From Spirochaetia bacterium (GTDB taxonomy: Bacteria > Spirochaetota > Spirochaetia > CADAEX01): a stretch of 64,000 bases of DNA. The notes under the pieces are model-generated. The model searched no databases, was not told where the DNA came from, and saw only the letters and a list, made by a program, of their open reading frames with translations. The stretch covers positions 32,001 through 96,000 of the forward strand of contig JAZURI010000009.1 in NCBI GenBank assembly GCA_045606105.1, written 5' to 3'. Shown here piece by piece: positions 28,802 through 38,779 of the stretch (position 1 is the first letter of the stretch; the number at the start of each line of letters is the position of its first letter). The translations under genes were made by a program, and so were the position numbers.

Positions 28802-30870
28802 AATTAAGCCCTTTCAGAACATTTCTTGCATTTACGGTTACCTTTGTTCTGTTTATCTTGGTTATCGGCATGAAAGGCTCTGTCTCCCTGATGCCGGTTC
28901 TTCCTGCAGAAAGCATTACTGTGGAATTCCGTTATGACGGGGCATCGGAGTATCAGGTCGAGGAGCTGGTTACGGTACTGGAGAATGCCTATGCCGCATT
29001 GCCTGAGGTCAGCAGTCTGTTTTCCCTGTCGGAGCCGGGCAGAGGAAGAATAGTTGTCAGCTTCAAGGAGAGCAGCAATCCGGGGCGGGCATATATCAGG
29101 ATTTCCGATGAAACGGCCCGATGCTTTTCAGACTTTCCCCATAGGGTTAACCGACCTCTGATCATGAAGGGGGACAGCAGCAGCTCTCCGGTTTATATAG
29201 CGGTGTATGAGGGAAAGGAAACCGGAAAGATAAAAAGGACCCTGGAGCAGATTGACGGTGTGGGGGAGGTGACTGTTGCCGGAGAGTCTGTAAAGGAGCT
29301 TTTTGTAAAAATTGATCCGGAACGGCTCATCAATGCCGGTTTTTTTCCCTCCGATATATCGGGCGCAATCAGGAAATACAATTTCAGCGGTACGGTTTCG
29401 ATTCCAGACGGCACACAGCTGATTTTCTCGGAAAGGCCGGAAAGAGAAGAGGATTTCGGGAGGATTCCTCTGAATGAAAACGGAATGGTTCTGTCTGATG
29501 TGGCAGAAATCAGCTTCAGGAAAAGAGAGGAACAGAGCTTCGGAAGAATCAACGGAAAAGATTCTCCCATAGTCTACATAACCGAAAACGGAGACAGGAA
29601 TACGGCAGCGCTCTGCCGGGAACTGAACCGTATTGCATCCGGTCTGGGCTGCCGTAAAATCTACAGCCGGGGAGAGGATATCGAAGCAGGTCTTGCATGG
29701 GCTTTCGGGCTGACTTTGCTTTGTCAGCTGGCTGTTGTTGCCTGTATCAGAATAAGGACAGGCAGTACTTCGGCCGCATTGAAAAGTGCCTTTGGTCTTG
29801 CATACTGTACAGCCGGCGCCCTTGCCGTCATTTCTGCCGCAGGTCTCAGGATTGATGCGGCGGTGTCCGCCTCTCTCTGTGCCGCATCCGTATTGTCGGT
29901 AAAAGGAAGCTGTTCCCGGGTCAGTTTTTCCCTGGCTGCGGCAGTCATGCTTTCCGTTGCCCTTTTCTATTGTTCTCCCGGAACAGAAATCCTTCTCAGG
30001 GCTCCGGTCTCGGCCCTCCTCTTCTTTCTCCTTTTCTCCCTGCTGTTTCCCCGTCCGGCTTCCGGCAGAATCCTGATTCTGCTTCTGATGGTTCCCATCC
30101 AGCTTTTTCCGGTTCTGAAACCGGAAAAGGAAGCCGGATTTTCCATGGAATACAGGAACGGAACCTCTGCGGAATATATCAGAAAAACTGCAGGTATTGC
30201 CGAAAGCATGCTTATTGAAAAGGGAGGCTTCGAGGATCTGGCGGTATATGGAGAGGGGGAACGGGTTTCCTTCAGTACAGGGAAGGGGAGCTTGCCCGAA
30301 ATGGACGGGAGCCTGTTTCCCGATGTTTTCTTTTATTATCCCGAAAGATTCAGCCGCAGGACAACCGAGGTTGTAATTTACGGACGGAGCATGGACAGCC
30401 TCTATGAAAATGCCACTGTCCTGACCGGCAGGCTGAAGGCTCTGTTTCCAGGTGCGGAAATAGTGCTGAATTACGGAAACAGGATTATGTCTCCTGTTTT
30501 TATCTTTCCTGCAGAATGCGCTGTCACAGGGATGTTTCCGCGGGATATTTCATTGCTGGTATCGGATATTGTGTCGGCACCGGTGGTTGGCAAGCTTTTT
30601 CTTCATGACGGAGAGCACGATATCAGGATGGGAGGGGAGAGGAGGCGTTATCCCGAGGAGGCTGCTTCAAATCCGTATGCCGGCAGCCGGATAAGGATGG
30701 ACCGGGAGCTTCATCCTCCCGGGATTATCCACAGAAACAGGATCAGATCTCTTTCCTTTATGGTCAGGGGAGCAGACAGGAGCCTTCTTGGGAAGGAAAT
30801 TGCCTCCTTTGTTTTTACCGGAGATTGCCGCGGTGAAATCTGCAGTCATAAAGAATTTCTTATGCCTTGA
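28798..30870 (+). CDS. RND-family permease-like protein lacking the C-terminal TM helices (690 aa)
   Basis: LMP..YDGASEYQVEELV..LE, LSDVAEI, RINGK; ends after the second periplasmic region (IIHRNRIRS). Confidence 0.7.
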   Translation: MKLSPFRTFLAFTVTFVLFILVIGMKGSVSLMPVLPAESITVEFRYDGASEYQVEELVTVLENAYAALPEVSSLFSLSEPGRGRIVVSFKESSNPGRAYIRISDETARCFSDFPHRVNRPLIMKGDSSSSPVYIAVYEGKETGKIKRTLEQIDGVGEVTVAGESVKELFVKIDPERLINAGFFPSDISGAIRKYNFSGTVSIPDGTQLIFSERPEREEDFGRIPLNENGMVLSDVAEISFRKREEQSFGRINGKDSPIVYITENGDRNTAALCRELNRIASGLGCRKIYSRGEDIEAGLAWAFGLTLLCQLAVVACIRIRTGSTSAALKSAFGLAYCTAGALAVISAAGLRIDAAVSASLCAASVLSVKGSCSRVSFSLAAAVMLSVALFYCSPGTEILLRAPVSALLFFLLFSLLFPRPASGRILILLLMVPIQLFPVLKPEKEAGFSMEYRNGTSAEYIRKTAGIAESMLIEKGGFEDLAVYGEGERVSFSTGKGSLPEMDGSLFPDVFFYYPERFSRRTTEVVIYGRSMDSLYENATVLTGRLKALFPGAEIVLNYGNRIMSPVFIFPAECAVTGMFPRDISLLVSDIVSAPVVGKLFLHDGEHDIRMGGERRRYPEEAASNPYAGSRIRMDRELHPPGIIHRNRIRSLSFMVRGADRSLLGKEIASFVFTGDCRGEICSHKEFLMP

Positions 30871-30947
30871 AAAAGTCTTGATAAAAAAGTATATTATAAG
30901 AAGTGAAAATAATTTAATTGGCCTGAAGGCAATAATTTGGAGGAATA

Positions 30948-32150
30948 ATGAAAATTCTTGTAATTAACTGTGGTTCCAGCTCACTCAAGTATCAGCTTAT
31001 TGATATGCAGGACGAAAGCATCATCTGCAAGGGTCTCTGCGAGCGTATCGGTATCAACGGAAGTAAGATCACTCACCAGGTAGGAAAGCAGAAATGGGAG
31101 AAAGAGGTTCCTTTCCCAACACATACAGAAGCTTTCATGGAAGTTGTAGACCAGATGACAGCAGGCGAAGGTGCCGTTATCAAGAGCAAGGATGAAATCG
31201 ACGCTATCGGACACAGAATCGTTCAGGGTGCTGAATGGTTCACAAAATCAGAAATCGTTACAGATGCCATCATTGACAAGATCGAAGAAATTGCCCCACT
31301 TGCACCTGTTCACAACCTTGCACACGTACAGGGTCTCAGAAGTGCAAAGAAGGTTTTCGGTGCAGATATGCCGAATGTTGTAGTATTCGACACAACATTC
31401 CACCAGACAATGCCTCCAAAGGCTTATATGTACGGTATTCCATACAAGTTCTATGAAGAAAACAAGATCCGCCGCTACGGTGCTCACGGAACAAGCCACA
31501 GATATGTAAGCATGAAGGCTGCAGAATTCCTCGGAAAGCCTGCTTCAGAACTCAAGATTGTTACATGTCACCTCGGAAACGGTTCTTCCATCACAGCTGT
31601 TGACGGAGGAAAGTGCGTGGATACAAGTATGGGTCTTACTCCTCTCGCAGGTGTTCTCATGGGAACAAGATGCGGTGACATCGACCCAAGTGTTGTAACA
31701 TACATGGAACAGATTACAGGTATGCACGGTCAGGAAATGGCTGATTACCTCAACAAGAAGAGCGGTCTCCTTGGTGTTTCCGGTATTTCCAGCGACAAGA
31801 GAGATATCGAGAACGCAATGATGGAAGGAAACGAAAGAGCAAAGCTTGCAAGCGACATGCTCAACTATCAGATCAAGAAATTCGTAGGAGCTTACACAGC
31901 AGCTATGGGTGGTCTTGACTGTATCGTATTCACAGGCGGTATCGGAGAAAACGACAAGATTGTAAGACAGGAAGTATGTGCCGGAATGGAATTCTTCGGA
32001 CTTTCAATCGATCCTGCCCTCAATGACAGAAAAGGCAGAGACATTGTAGATATCACAGGACCGGACAGCAAGGTTAAGGTTCTTATCATCTGTACAAACG
32101 AAGAGCTCATGATCGCAAGAGATACAATGGCTCTCGTAAAAAAGGACTGA
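30948..32150 (+). CDS. ackA: Acetate kinase
   Basis: VINCGSSSLKY, GHRIVQG, LAPVHN, YGAHGTSH, DTSMGLTP, FTGGIGEN, TNEE. Confidence 0.98.
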   Translation: MKILVINCGSSSLKYQLIDMQDESIICKGLCERIGINGSKITHQVGKQKWEKEVPFPTHTEAFMEVVDQMTAGEGAVIKSKDEIDAIGHRIVQGAEWFTKSEIVTDAIIDKIEEIAPLAPVHNLAHVQGLRSAKKVFGADMPNVVVFDTTFHQTMPPKAYMYGIPYKFYEENKIRRYGAHGTSHRYVSMKAAEFLGKPASELKIVTCHLGNGSSITAVDGGKCVDTSMGLTPLAGVLMGTRCGDIDPSVVTYMEQITGMHGQEMADYLNKKSGLLGVSGISSDKRDIENAMMEGNERAKLASDMLNYQIKKFVGAYTAAMGGLDCIVFTGGIGENDKIVRQEVCAGMEFFGLSIDPALNDRKGRDIVDITGPDSKVKVLIICTNEELMIARDTMALVKKD

Positions 32151-32173
32151 TCTGACAGGATTTTTTCCTTTTC

Positions 32174-32199
32174 AAGCCGCACTTCGGTGCGGTTTTTTT
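32174..32199 (+). terminator. Intrinsic terminator after ackA
   Basis: AGCCGCAC-TTCG-GTGCGGT followed by T run (UUCG tetraloop). Confidence 0.85.
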
Positions 32200-32211
32200 C
32201 TTGGTAGGGTA

Positions 32212-33453
32212 ATGAAGATACTGAAGGTATTCCTTGTTTTAACAGCAATTCTTTTCTCCTCCTGTGACAGTTTCAGAACCGGACAGAAGGTTGTGCTCTG
32301 GACAGACAGACCTGAACTGATTACCTACGGTGAGGTCTATAATGCAGAGCATGAATACAAGGTGGAGATTGTTTATAAGGATTCCCCTGCGGAAGAGCTT
32401 GCTTCTGGCAGGGCGGAGGTTCCGGATATCGTTATTGCCCCATACCTTAATTCAAAGCAGATAATCGGCAGCTTTACCGACCTGGGCGAGCTTTTTGAGG
32501 ATTCCTCCCTTGAAAGGGAAAGCTTCTATCAGGAAGCCCTGGAGCTTGGGAAGACGACTGACGGACAGCAGACCATCCCTTTTTCCTTCAATATTCCGGT
32601 CTTTGTATTCCGAACCGGTGAGGTAGATCAGAATATCAGCCCCTTTGCCCTGGACAGCAACAGCTTCGTGGAGGTCTGTACCGTTTTCAACAACAGCAGG
32701 TCTTCTCTCAGGAAAAGCAGCTTTTCTCCGTTATGGGATAAAAGAAACCCTTTTTTCTTTGCCTTCATTTCAGACAGCAATTTCTATGAAAGTGAAACCG
32801 GAAGCTTCTCGGTGGACGGAACCAGTCTTGAAAACAATCTCCAGTTCATGAGAGGGCTTATAGTAAGGCTCAGCGGCAATTTCGAAAGCGAAAAAGCCTT
32901 CCGGGAAAAATTCCTTTATATGCAGCCCACCGACCTGCTGGAAAAAAGGAGAATATTCCTGTCCTATTCTGATGTGAACAGCTTCTGCTCCATTCCCGAC
33001 AGCAAAAGAAAGAATCTCAATTTCAGATATTATATGAATGAAAAGCAGCGTATTTCCGTCTGCGAGGATATGCTTTATGCCGCAATTCCCTCCAAAGGGA
33101 AGAATCGTAAGGGTGCAGTTGATTTTCTTCTGTGGATAATGGATGAAAAGGTTCAGCAGGATATGCTGGAACGGACAAAATCCATGGGTATCAGAAGCTT
33201 CGGTATTACCGGCGGACTGTCGGCTCTGAAAAACATAAACGAGAACACGATTCCAAGGATGTATCCCTTCATGGTGGGACATGTTCCTATAGAAGAGATT
33301 CTCAATTTTCCGGTTCCTTGTCCGCCCGATTTCGACAGGCTCCGTGATGAGGCCATAATACCATGGCTCTATAAACAGACCGGCCAGGAGTCCACCACCT
33401 CCGATCTCCAGGAAACGATAGACAACTGGCGGCGTATGAATGCAGCCCTATGA
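32212..33453 (+). CDS. Extracellular solute-binding lipoprotein (family 1-like), orphan
   Basis: Lipobox FSSC; VVLWT, PDIVIA, IPFSFNIP, AAIPSKGKNRKGAVDFLLW. Confidence 0.75.
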   Translation: MKILKVFLVLTAILFSSCDSFRTGQKVVLWTDRPELITYGEVYNAEHEYKVEIVYKDSPAEELASGRAEVPDIVIAPYLNSKQIIGSFTDLGELFEDSSLERESFYQEALELGKTTDGQQTIPFSFNIPVFVFRTGEVDQNISPFALDSNSFVEVCTVFNNSRSSLRKSSFSPLWDKRNPFFFAFISDSNFYESETGSFSVDGTSLENNLQFMRGLIVRLSGNFESEKAFREKFLYMQPTDLLEKRRIFLSYSDVNSFCSIPDSKRKNLNFRYYMNEKQRISVCEDMLYAAIPSKGKNRKGAVDFLLWIMDEKVQQDMLERTKSMGIRSFGITGGLSALKNINENTIPRMYPFMVGHVPIEEILNFPVPCPPDFDRLRDEAIIPWLYKQTGQESTTSDLQETIDNWRRMNAAL

Positions 33454-34572
33454 TCTGCGGCTGTGTTTCCGTACTCCCTTCAAAGGCCGGAAAATAGGAT
33501 AATTGTTCTTTGACCTCAGCGGCGAGGAATTGTAGACCTTGTTCCACATGGTCCTGCTTTCCATGCACATGTATACAGGAACTCCCTCCAGCGGCGAAAG
33601 CCTTTCCTTCAGGAAGCTGAGTATCTTTCCCCTGACATTCTGGATATATCTGTATTTACCGTCGGCACATCTTACAAACTCATCGAGAAGATAATGAAGA
33701 TATCCCTCCGGTGCCTCTTCCTCCATCTTTTCCTTCAGGCTGGCACTGTACCTGATGGTTCCCAGGCTTATCCAGCTTACCTTTTCCGCAGGAAATTCCA
33801 GAAGGCGGTCTGCGGTTTCTCCGTACAGCTTTTTCCAGTCCCCCTCTGCTATGATAGGGTCAAAATGGAATGCCACATTGTATCCGGCCTCCACCGCCTT
33901 TCTTGCGGCAGCCAGTCTTTCATCCAGCAGGAAGGTATCTGTTTCCTCCCGTTCTATGATTTCCGGCGGATTTACGGAAAATCCCATTACAGCATTTCCT
34001 TTCTCCCCGATATCCAGAAGATGGTCGATGAAAGGGGTCTTGGTCTTCATCTCAAACCATACATTTTTATAAGGAGCCAGCTCCCGGATAAAGGTTTCCG
34101 ACATTCCGAAAAGAGGATCGAACTGCAGCGAATCGCCTGTTTCTCCGGTACCTATCCTGACAACCCTGTCCATATTGTTTTCGGCAATGGCCTTGATCTG
34201 GGCAATGGTGGGGGCAGGATCCGCATATACCGTAACCGGGGCGAAATTCAGATAGCTCTTCATGATGCAGTAGGAGCAGCCCAGTGTACAGCCGAGATAA
34301 AGGTCTGCAGTAAGATAATTGCAGCATACATGACCCTTGCTTCCGGGGCATTTTCCCACAGTCTTTCCCCTGGGATAGGTAATCAGCAGGGTTTTTCTGT
34401 TAAGGTGCTCAGGGGGAATCTCCTCCTTGGTCCTTACTGTCCGGCACGGAATTCCCTCCAGCATGGAGAGGGCCCTTTCCGTTGCAGCACAACTGACTGC
34501 ATCCTCGGTTATATATATTCTTTCAAAAATATTTCTGTAATAATCAGAGTAATTTAAAAAGCTCTTCCGCAC
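33448..34572 (-). CDS. Spore photoproduct lyase-family radical SAM protein
   Basis: CPGSKGHVCCNY, GCTLGCSYC (CxxxCxxC), RIGTGETGDSL, EMKTK, FHFDPI, YMCMES. Confidence 0.88.
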   Translation of the reverse strand: MRKSFLNYSDYYRNIFERIYITEDAVSCAATERALSMLEGIPCRTVRTKEEIPPEHLNRKTLLITYPRGKTVGKCPGSKGHVCCNYLTADLYLGCTLGCSYCIMKSYLNFAPVTVYADPAPTIAQIKAIAENNMDRVVRIGTGETGDSLQFDPLFGMSETFIRELAPYKNVWFEMKTKTPFIDHLLDIGEKGNAVMGFSVNPPEIIEREETDTFLLDERLAAARKAVEAGYNVAFHFDPIIAEGDWKKLYGETADRLLEFPAEKVSWISLGTIRYSASLKEKMEEEAPEGYLHYLLDEFVRCADGKYRYIQNVRGKILSFLKERLSPLEGVPVYMCMESRTMWNKVYNSSPLRSKNNYPIFRPLKGVRKHSRRS

Positions 34573-35416
34573 TCTCTTTCACCTTGCCCAAAGTCCTGAT
34601 GATTCTTTCCAGCTGGTTTCTGCTTTTCAGCTGAAATCTGACGGTATAGGAATTTCCCTCGAAGTTCTGGGGAGCCTCCAGGATAAGGCCTGAGCCCTTG
34701 ATATATTTTTCGTTGTATCCGGCGAAGCTTTTTTTCATCTCCTCCATTTTCGGATTCCTGAGACGGGCTGTGAATGCTGCCGGATTTTCCGAACCGGCAA
34801 TGGCCTCCATGAGCTTTATCCTTTCTTCGGCATCCAGTCTGTCCCTTCTGCAGATTTCGGTAAATTCCCTGAGTATGATTCTTCTGCTGCTGTAGGAAAT
34901 TCTCTCCTTGGCTGCAAAAAGGAGCTCAAGACACCTGTCGTCGGTATCGCCCAGGGAGAGGGCCGATTTTATATCTATAAGCCCCTCATCAATTCCTTTT
35001 CTGAGAACCGGTGAAAGGGATGAATATTTTTCGGTAAGGGTGGTGAAATCTCCCTCATCCTGAACCAGTGCTGCTATTTCCTTCGGGCATCCTCCGGGAC
35101 ATGCCTTCAGTGCAAGGTCCAGTATCCTTTTCTTTTCGGCAAAGCTGTATCCGTTTTTCCTGTTTTCCAGAAGCAGGGCGGTTTTCAGCATCTGCAGCGG
35201 ATCGGGATCTGTTTCCCGGCACCATATCTTTTCCAGACCTGCCTCTGCGGCTGCCCTGATTATATGTCCACCCCATACCACGGTATCCCCGGAAACGGCC
35301 GGAACAGGGTAATTTTCACCGGAAAAAAATTCCTGACAGAAATTTTCAGTGTTGTCAAACAGTTCAAGTTCCCTTTTCGGGAGGTTTTTTATATCAAAAA
35401 TGTTCATTGGAGCCAT
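34544..35416 (-). CDS. ParB-like N-terminal domain protein (arginine patch degenerate)
   Basis: VVWGGHIIRAAAEAGLEKIWC and ALLLENRKNGYSFAEK align with ParB box II and the ALxEN..E motif; alternative start 35407. Confidence 0.6.
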   Translation of the reverse strand: MAPMNIFDIKNLPKRELELFDNTENFCQEFFSGENYPVPAVSGDTVVWGGHIIRAAAEAGLEKIWCRETDPDPLQMLKTALLLENRKNGYSFAEKKRILDLALKACPGGCPKEIAALVQDEGDFTTLTEKYSSLSPVLRKGIDEGLIDIKSALSLGDTDDRCLELLFAAKERISYSSRRIILREFTEICRRDRLDAEERIKLMEAIAGSENPAAFTARLRNPKMEEMKKSFAGYNEKYIKGSGLILEAPQNFEGNSYTVRFQLKSRNQLERIIRTLGKVKESAEELFKLL

Positions 35417-35511
35417 AATATCAAAAAAAAAGCATTAAATAAAGTAGACTCTTTTCTTATTCGGATTTATCTGATATAATTACAAAAATTACTTAAAAAT
35501 AAGGAAATAAA

Positions 35512-36837
35512 ATGAGTGAAATAATCAGGAATGGAGTTGCCGTTCTTGGCTGCGGTACTGTAGGGGGAGGAACAGCTAAGATATTGGTTGAAGACTGCGA
35601 ATATCTCAAAACCAGGACCAATATTCCTATTAATCTCAAATATATTGTAGATGTAGATTTCTCCCATGCGAGGGCAATCGGACTTCCGGAATCTCTTTAC
35701 GAAAAGGATTTTGACAAGGTTCTCAACGATCCCGAAATCGGTGTTGTCGTAGAGCTTATCGGCGGAACCACAATTGCCAGGGATTTTATAATCAAGGCAC
35801 TCAATGCCGGAAAAAATGTTGTTACTGCAAACAAGGCACTGCTTGCCCATTACGGCAGGGATCTTTTTGCCCTGGCCAGAAAAAATAATGTGGTTATCGG
35901 CTTCGAAGCGAGCTGCGGAGGGGGAATTCCTATTATCCGCGCTCTTTATGACGGTCTCATTTCCAACAGGAACGAGGCTATCTACGGTATCGTGAACGGA
36001 ACCTGTAACTATATCCTTACCCAGATGATCCGTAACGGAAAAACCTATGCGGAGGCACTTGCAGAGGCCCAGAGAGACGGTCTTGCCGAGGCAAATCCTA
36101 CCCTTGACGTATCAGGTCTGGATTCAGCCCACAAGCTGGTTATCATGAGCTCCCTTGCTTTCGGTACCCATGTTGATATCGACACAATTCCTGTCATCGG
36201 TATCGATACCCTTGAGCTGTCCGATGTAAAGGCAGGTCACGATCTGGGATACACAATCAAGCTTATAGCCATGGCAAGAAAGCACGAGGACGGAAGAATC
36301 TCCACAATTGTCTGCCCTGCATTCATTGACAAGAATCATCCGCTTGCCTGGGTTGCAGGCTCATTCAATGCCATCAGTGTCTACGGACATGCAGTGGGAC
36401 ATACAATGTACTACGGCCGCGGTGCGGGAAGTTCTCCTACAGCTTCAGCCGTTACTTCCGATATAGTTTCCATCCTTACAGGTGCGCTCAAGAAATATTT
36501 TGATACATTCCCTATCTGGCTGGACAAGAACCCTGAAGCAGAGATGCTTCCTACCGGTCTCGGAGAGGAAAGATTCTACATCAGGATAAATGTTATAGAC
36601 AGACCGGGTGTACTGGCCAAGGTTACAGCCATCTTTGCAAATCATAACATCAGTATTGCAAGCATGGTTCAGAAAAATATTGATAAGGATGATTATTCTG
36701 TTCCTATCATTATAACCACACACCTGGCACTGGAAGGGGATATTGCAGAGGCTCTCAAGGAGCTCAATGCACTTCATGAGCTGAGCGGAAATACTGTCTG
36801 CATCAGAATCATGGATGAATATCAGGAAAAATTTTAA
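35512..36837 (+). CDS. hom: Homoserine dehydrogenase with C-terminal ACT domain
   Basis: GCGTVGGG, VVTANKA, FEASCGGGIP, GIVNGTCNYIL, GRGAG..PTAS, DRPGVL. Confidence 0.96.
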   Translation: MSEIIRNGVAVLGCGTVGGGTAKILVEDCEYLKTRTNIPINLKYIVDVDFSHARAIGLPESLYEKDFDKVLNDPEIGVVVELIGGTTIARDFIIKALNAGKNVVTANKALLAHYGRDLFALARKNNVVIGFEASCGGGIPIIRALYDGLISNRNEAIYGIVNGTCNYILTQMIRNGKTYAEALAEAQRDGLAEANPTLDVSGLDSAHKLVIMSSLAFGTHVDIDTIPVIGIDTLELSDVKAGHDLGYTIKLIAMARKHEDGRISTIVCPAFIDKNHPLAWVAGSFNAISVYGHAVGHTMYYGRGAGSSPTASAVTSDIVSILTGALKKYFDTFPIWLDKNPEAEMLPTGLGEERFYIRINVIDRPGVLAKVTAIFANHNISIASMVQKNIDKDDYSVPIIITTHLALEGDIAEALKELNALHELSGNTVCIRIMDEYQEKF

Positions 36838-36866
36838 TCACCAGAGTCATTGACAAAGAAGGTTTG

Positions 36867-38768
36867 ATGACAGTAGTCGGAAAAATAAAGGAAACCTGCC
36901 GGAAATACCCCGAGCACAAGGCTCTTCAGATAAAGGATGCCAAAGGGGTATTTCAGCCGTTTTACTACAAGGATTTTTACAAGGATTTTTCTTCCCTCGG
37001 TGCTGCACTTAAAGATATCGGTGTAAAACGGGGAGATCATGTAGGCATTATTTCAGACAACAGAAAGGAATGGATAATAACAGACCTTGCTGTAATGGGA
37101 ATCGGTGCTGCCGACGTTCCCAGAGGATCTGATTCTTCGGAAAATGAGATTGTCTATATTCTTTCTCACAGTGAAGCCAATCTGGTTTTTATGGAGAGCT
37201 TCAGGAAGGCTTCCCAGGTTCTTGCCTGTATAGATCAGCTTCCTCTGCTGAAAACCCTTGTTATCTACAACACCGTTACAGATGAAGAGCTGGCACTGCT
37301 CGGAAGCTCCGGAATCAATGTTTACCGCTATGCAGATATCCTGGAAAAAGGAAGAAAGCTGCTGGCCGAGGATCCGGAATGCTTTGAAAGAGAGCTGGCA
37401 CAGGGCAGGGAGGACGATCTTGCCACCATCATCTATACCTCCGGAACCACCGGAACTCCGAAAGGGGTAATGCTTACCCACAGAAGCTTCCTGTTCCAGA
37501 TAGAGCGCCTTACAAACGGATATATTGCGGTTCATCCCGGACACACTCTTCTTTCCATGCTTCCTATCTGGCATGCATTTGAAAGGGCTGTGGAGTATAT
37601 CGTATTCTTCTGTGCCGCCAACGTAGCCTATTCACAGCCTGTAGGTCCCGTACTTCTCAGTGATATACAGAAAACCAGAGCGGAATGGATGACCTCCGTG
37701 CCTCGTATCTGGGACGGAATCAGAAGTGCCGTAATCAGGGCCATGAACAAGTCAGGCAAGTTCAAAAGGGTAATGTTCCATACATTCCTTGAAATAGGAA
37801 TTCTTTACAGGGAAACTCTCTCCTATGTGATGGGGACAGTTCCGCGCTATTATAAAAGAAACAGACTGATGGATATCGTTCTCGGAATCTGTCCTCTGAT
37901 TTTTCTTTTTCCCCTTAATCTTCTGGGACATCTTCTGGTATTCAGGAAATTCAAGAAGATCCTGGGAGGCCGCTTCATTGCAGGTATTTCCGGAGGGGGC
38001 AGCCTTGCCGGTGCCACAAGACGCTTTTTCAGGGCTATCGGAATCAAGGTCATGGAAGGTTACGGCCTTACAGAGACAGGGCCGGTTCTTTCCGTATGCA
38101 GACAGAAGGCTCCGGTATACGGTACCGTAGGACCTATTCTTCCCGATGTTGAGTACAAGGTTGTAAGCCAGAAGGGAAAGATTGTTCCGGCCGGTGTAAA
38201 GGGTATCCTCTGGGTAAAGAGTCCTCAGGTCATGCTGGGGTATTATAAACGTGAAGATGAAACAGCCAAGGTCATGGACAACGGCTGGCTCAATACAGGC
38301 GACATTGTCATTGCCACACTGGATCACGAGATAAAGATTGTGGGAAGGGCCAAGGAGACCATCGTCCTGAGGGGCGGCGAGAATATCGAGCCGGTTCCTA
38401 TCGAGGATGCATGTCTTCAGTCTCCGTATGTGGATCAGATTGTCGTTCTGGGACAGGACCAGAAATTCATTGCAGCTTTGATTGTTCCCGACTACAAATA
38501 TCTGGAAGAAAAGTCCAAGGAAAAGGGAATTGCATACATGGACATGGAGGATCTCGTATCCAACCCACAGGTTCACAGTATGGTTTATTCAGGTATTTCA
38601 GAAATCATAAGCAAGAAAAACGGATTCAAGGATTACGAGAAAATTTTCAGAATCCATCTTCTGGCCAAGCCTTTCAAGGTTGGGGATGAGCTCACAAATT
38701 CCCTTAAGGTCAAGAGAGCGGTGGTAGACAGAAAGTACAGATCCGAAATTGCAAAGCTTTTCAAATAA
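36867..38768 (+). CDS. Long-chain fatty-acid--CoA ligase
   Basis: IYTSGTTGTPKG, EGYGLTET, TGD, GRAKE..GENIEP. Confidence 0.93.
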   Translation: MTVVGKIKETCRKYPEHKALQIKDAKGVFQPFYYKDFYKDFSSLGAALKDIGVKRGDHVGIISDNRKEWIITDLAVMGIGAADVPRGSDSSENEIVYILSHSEANLVFMESFRKASQVLACIDQLPLLKTLVIYNTVTDEELALLGSSGINVYRYADILEKGRKLLAEDPECFERELAQGREDDLATIIYTSGTTGTPKGVMLTHRSFLFQIERLTNGYIAVHPGHTLLSMLPIWHAFERAVEYIVFFCAANVAYSQPVGPVLLSDIQKTRAEWMTSVPRIWDGIRSAVIRAMNKSGKFKRVMFHTFLEIGILYRETLSYVMGTVPRYYKRNRLMDIVLGICPLIFLFPLNLLGHLLVFRKFKKILGGRFIAGISGGGSLAGATRRFFRAIGIKVMEGYGLTETGPVLSVCRQKAPVYGTVGPILPDVEYKVVSQKGKIVPAGVKGILWVKSPQVMLGYYKREDETAKVMDNGWLNTGDIVIATLDHEIKIVGRAKETIVLRGGENIEPVPIEDACLQSPYVDQIVVLGQDQKFIAALIVPDYKYLEEKSKEKGIAYMDMEDLVSNPQVHSMVYSGISEIISKKNGFKDYEKIFRIHLLAKPFKVGDELTNSLKVKRAVVDRKYRSEIAKLFK

Positions 38769-38779
38769 CAGGTTCCGGT

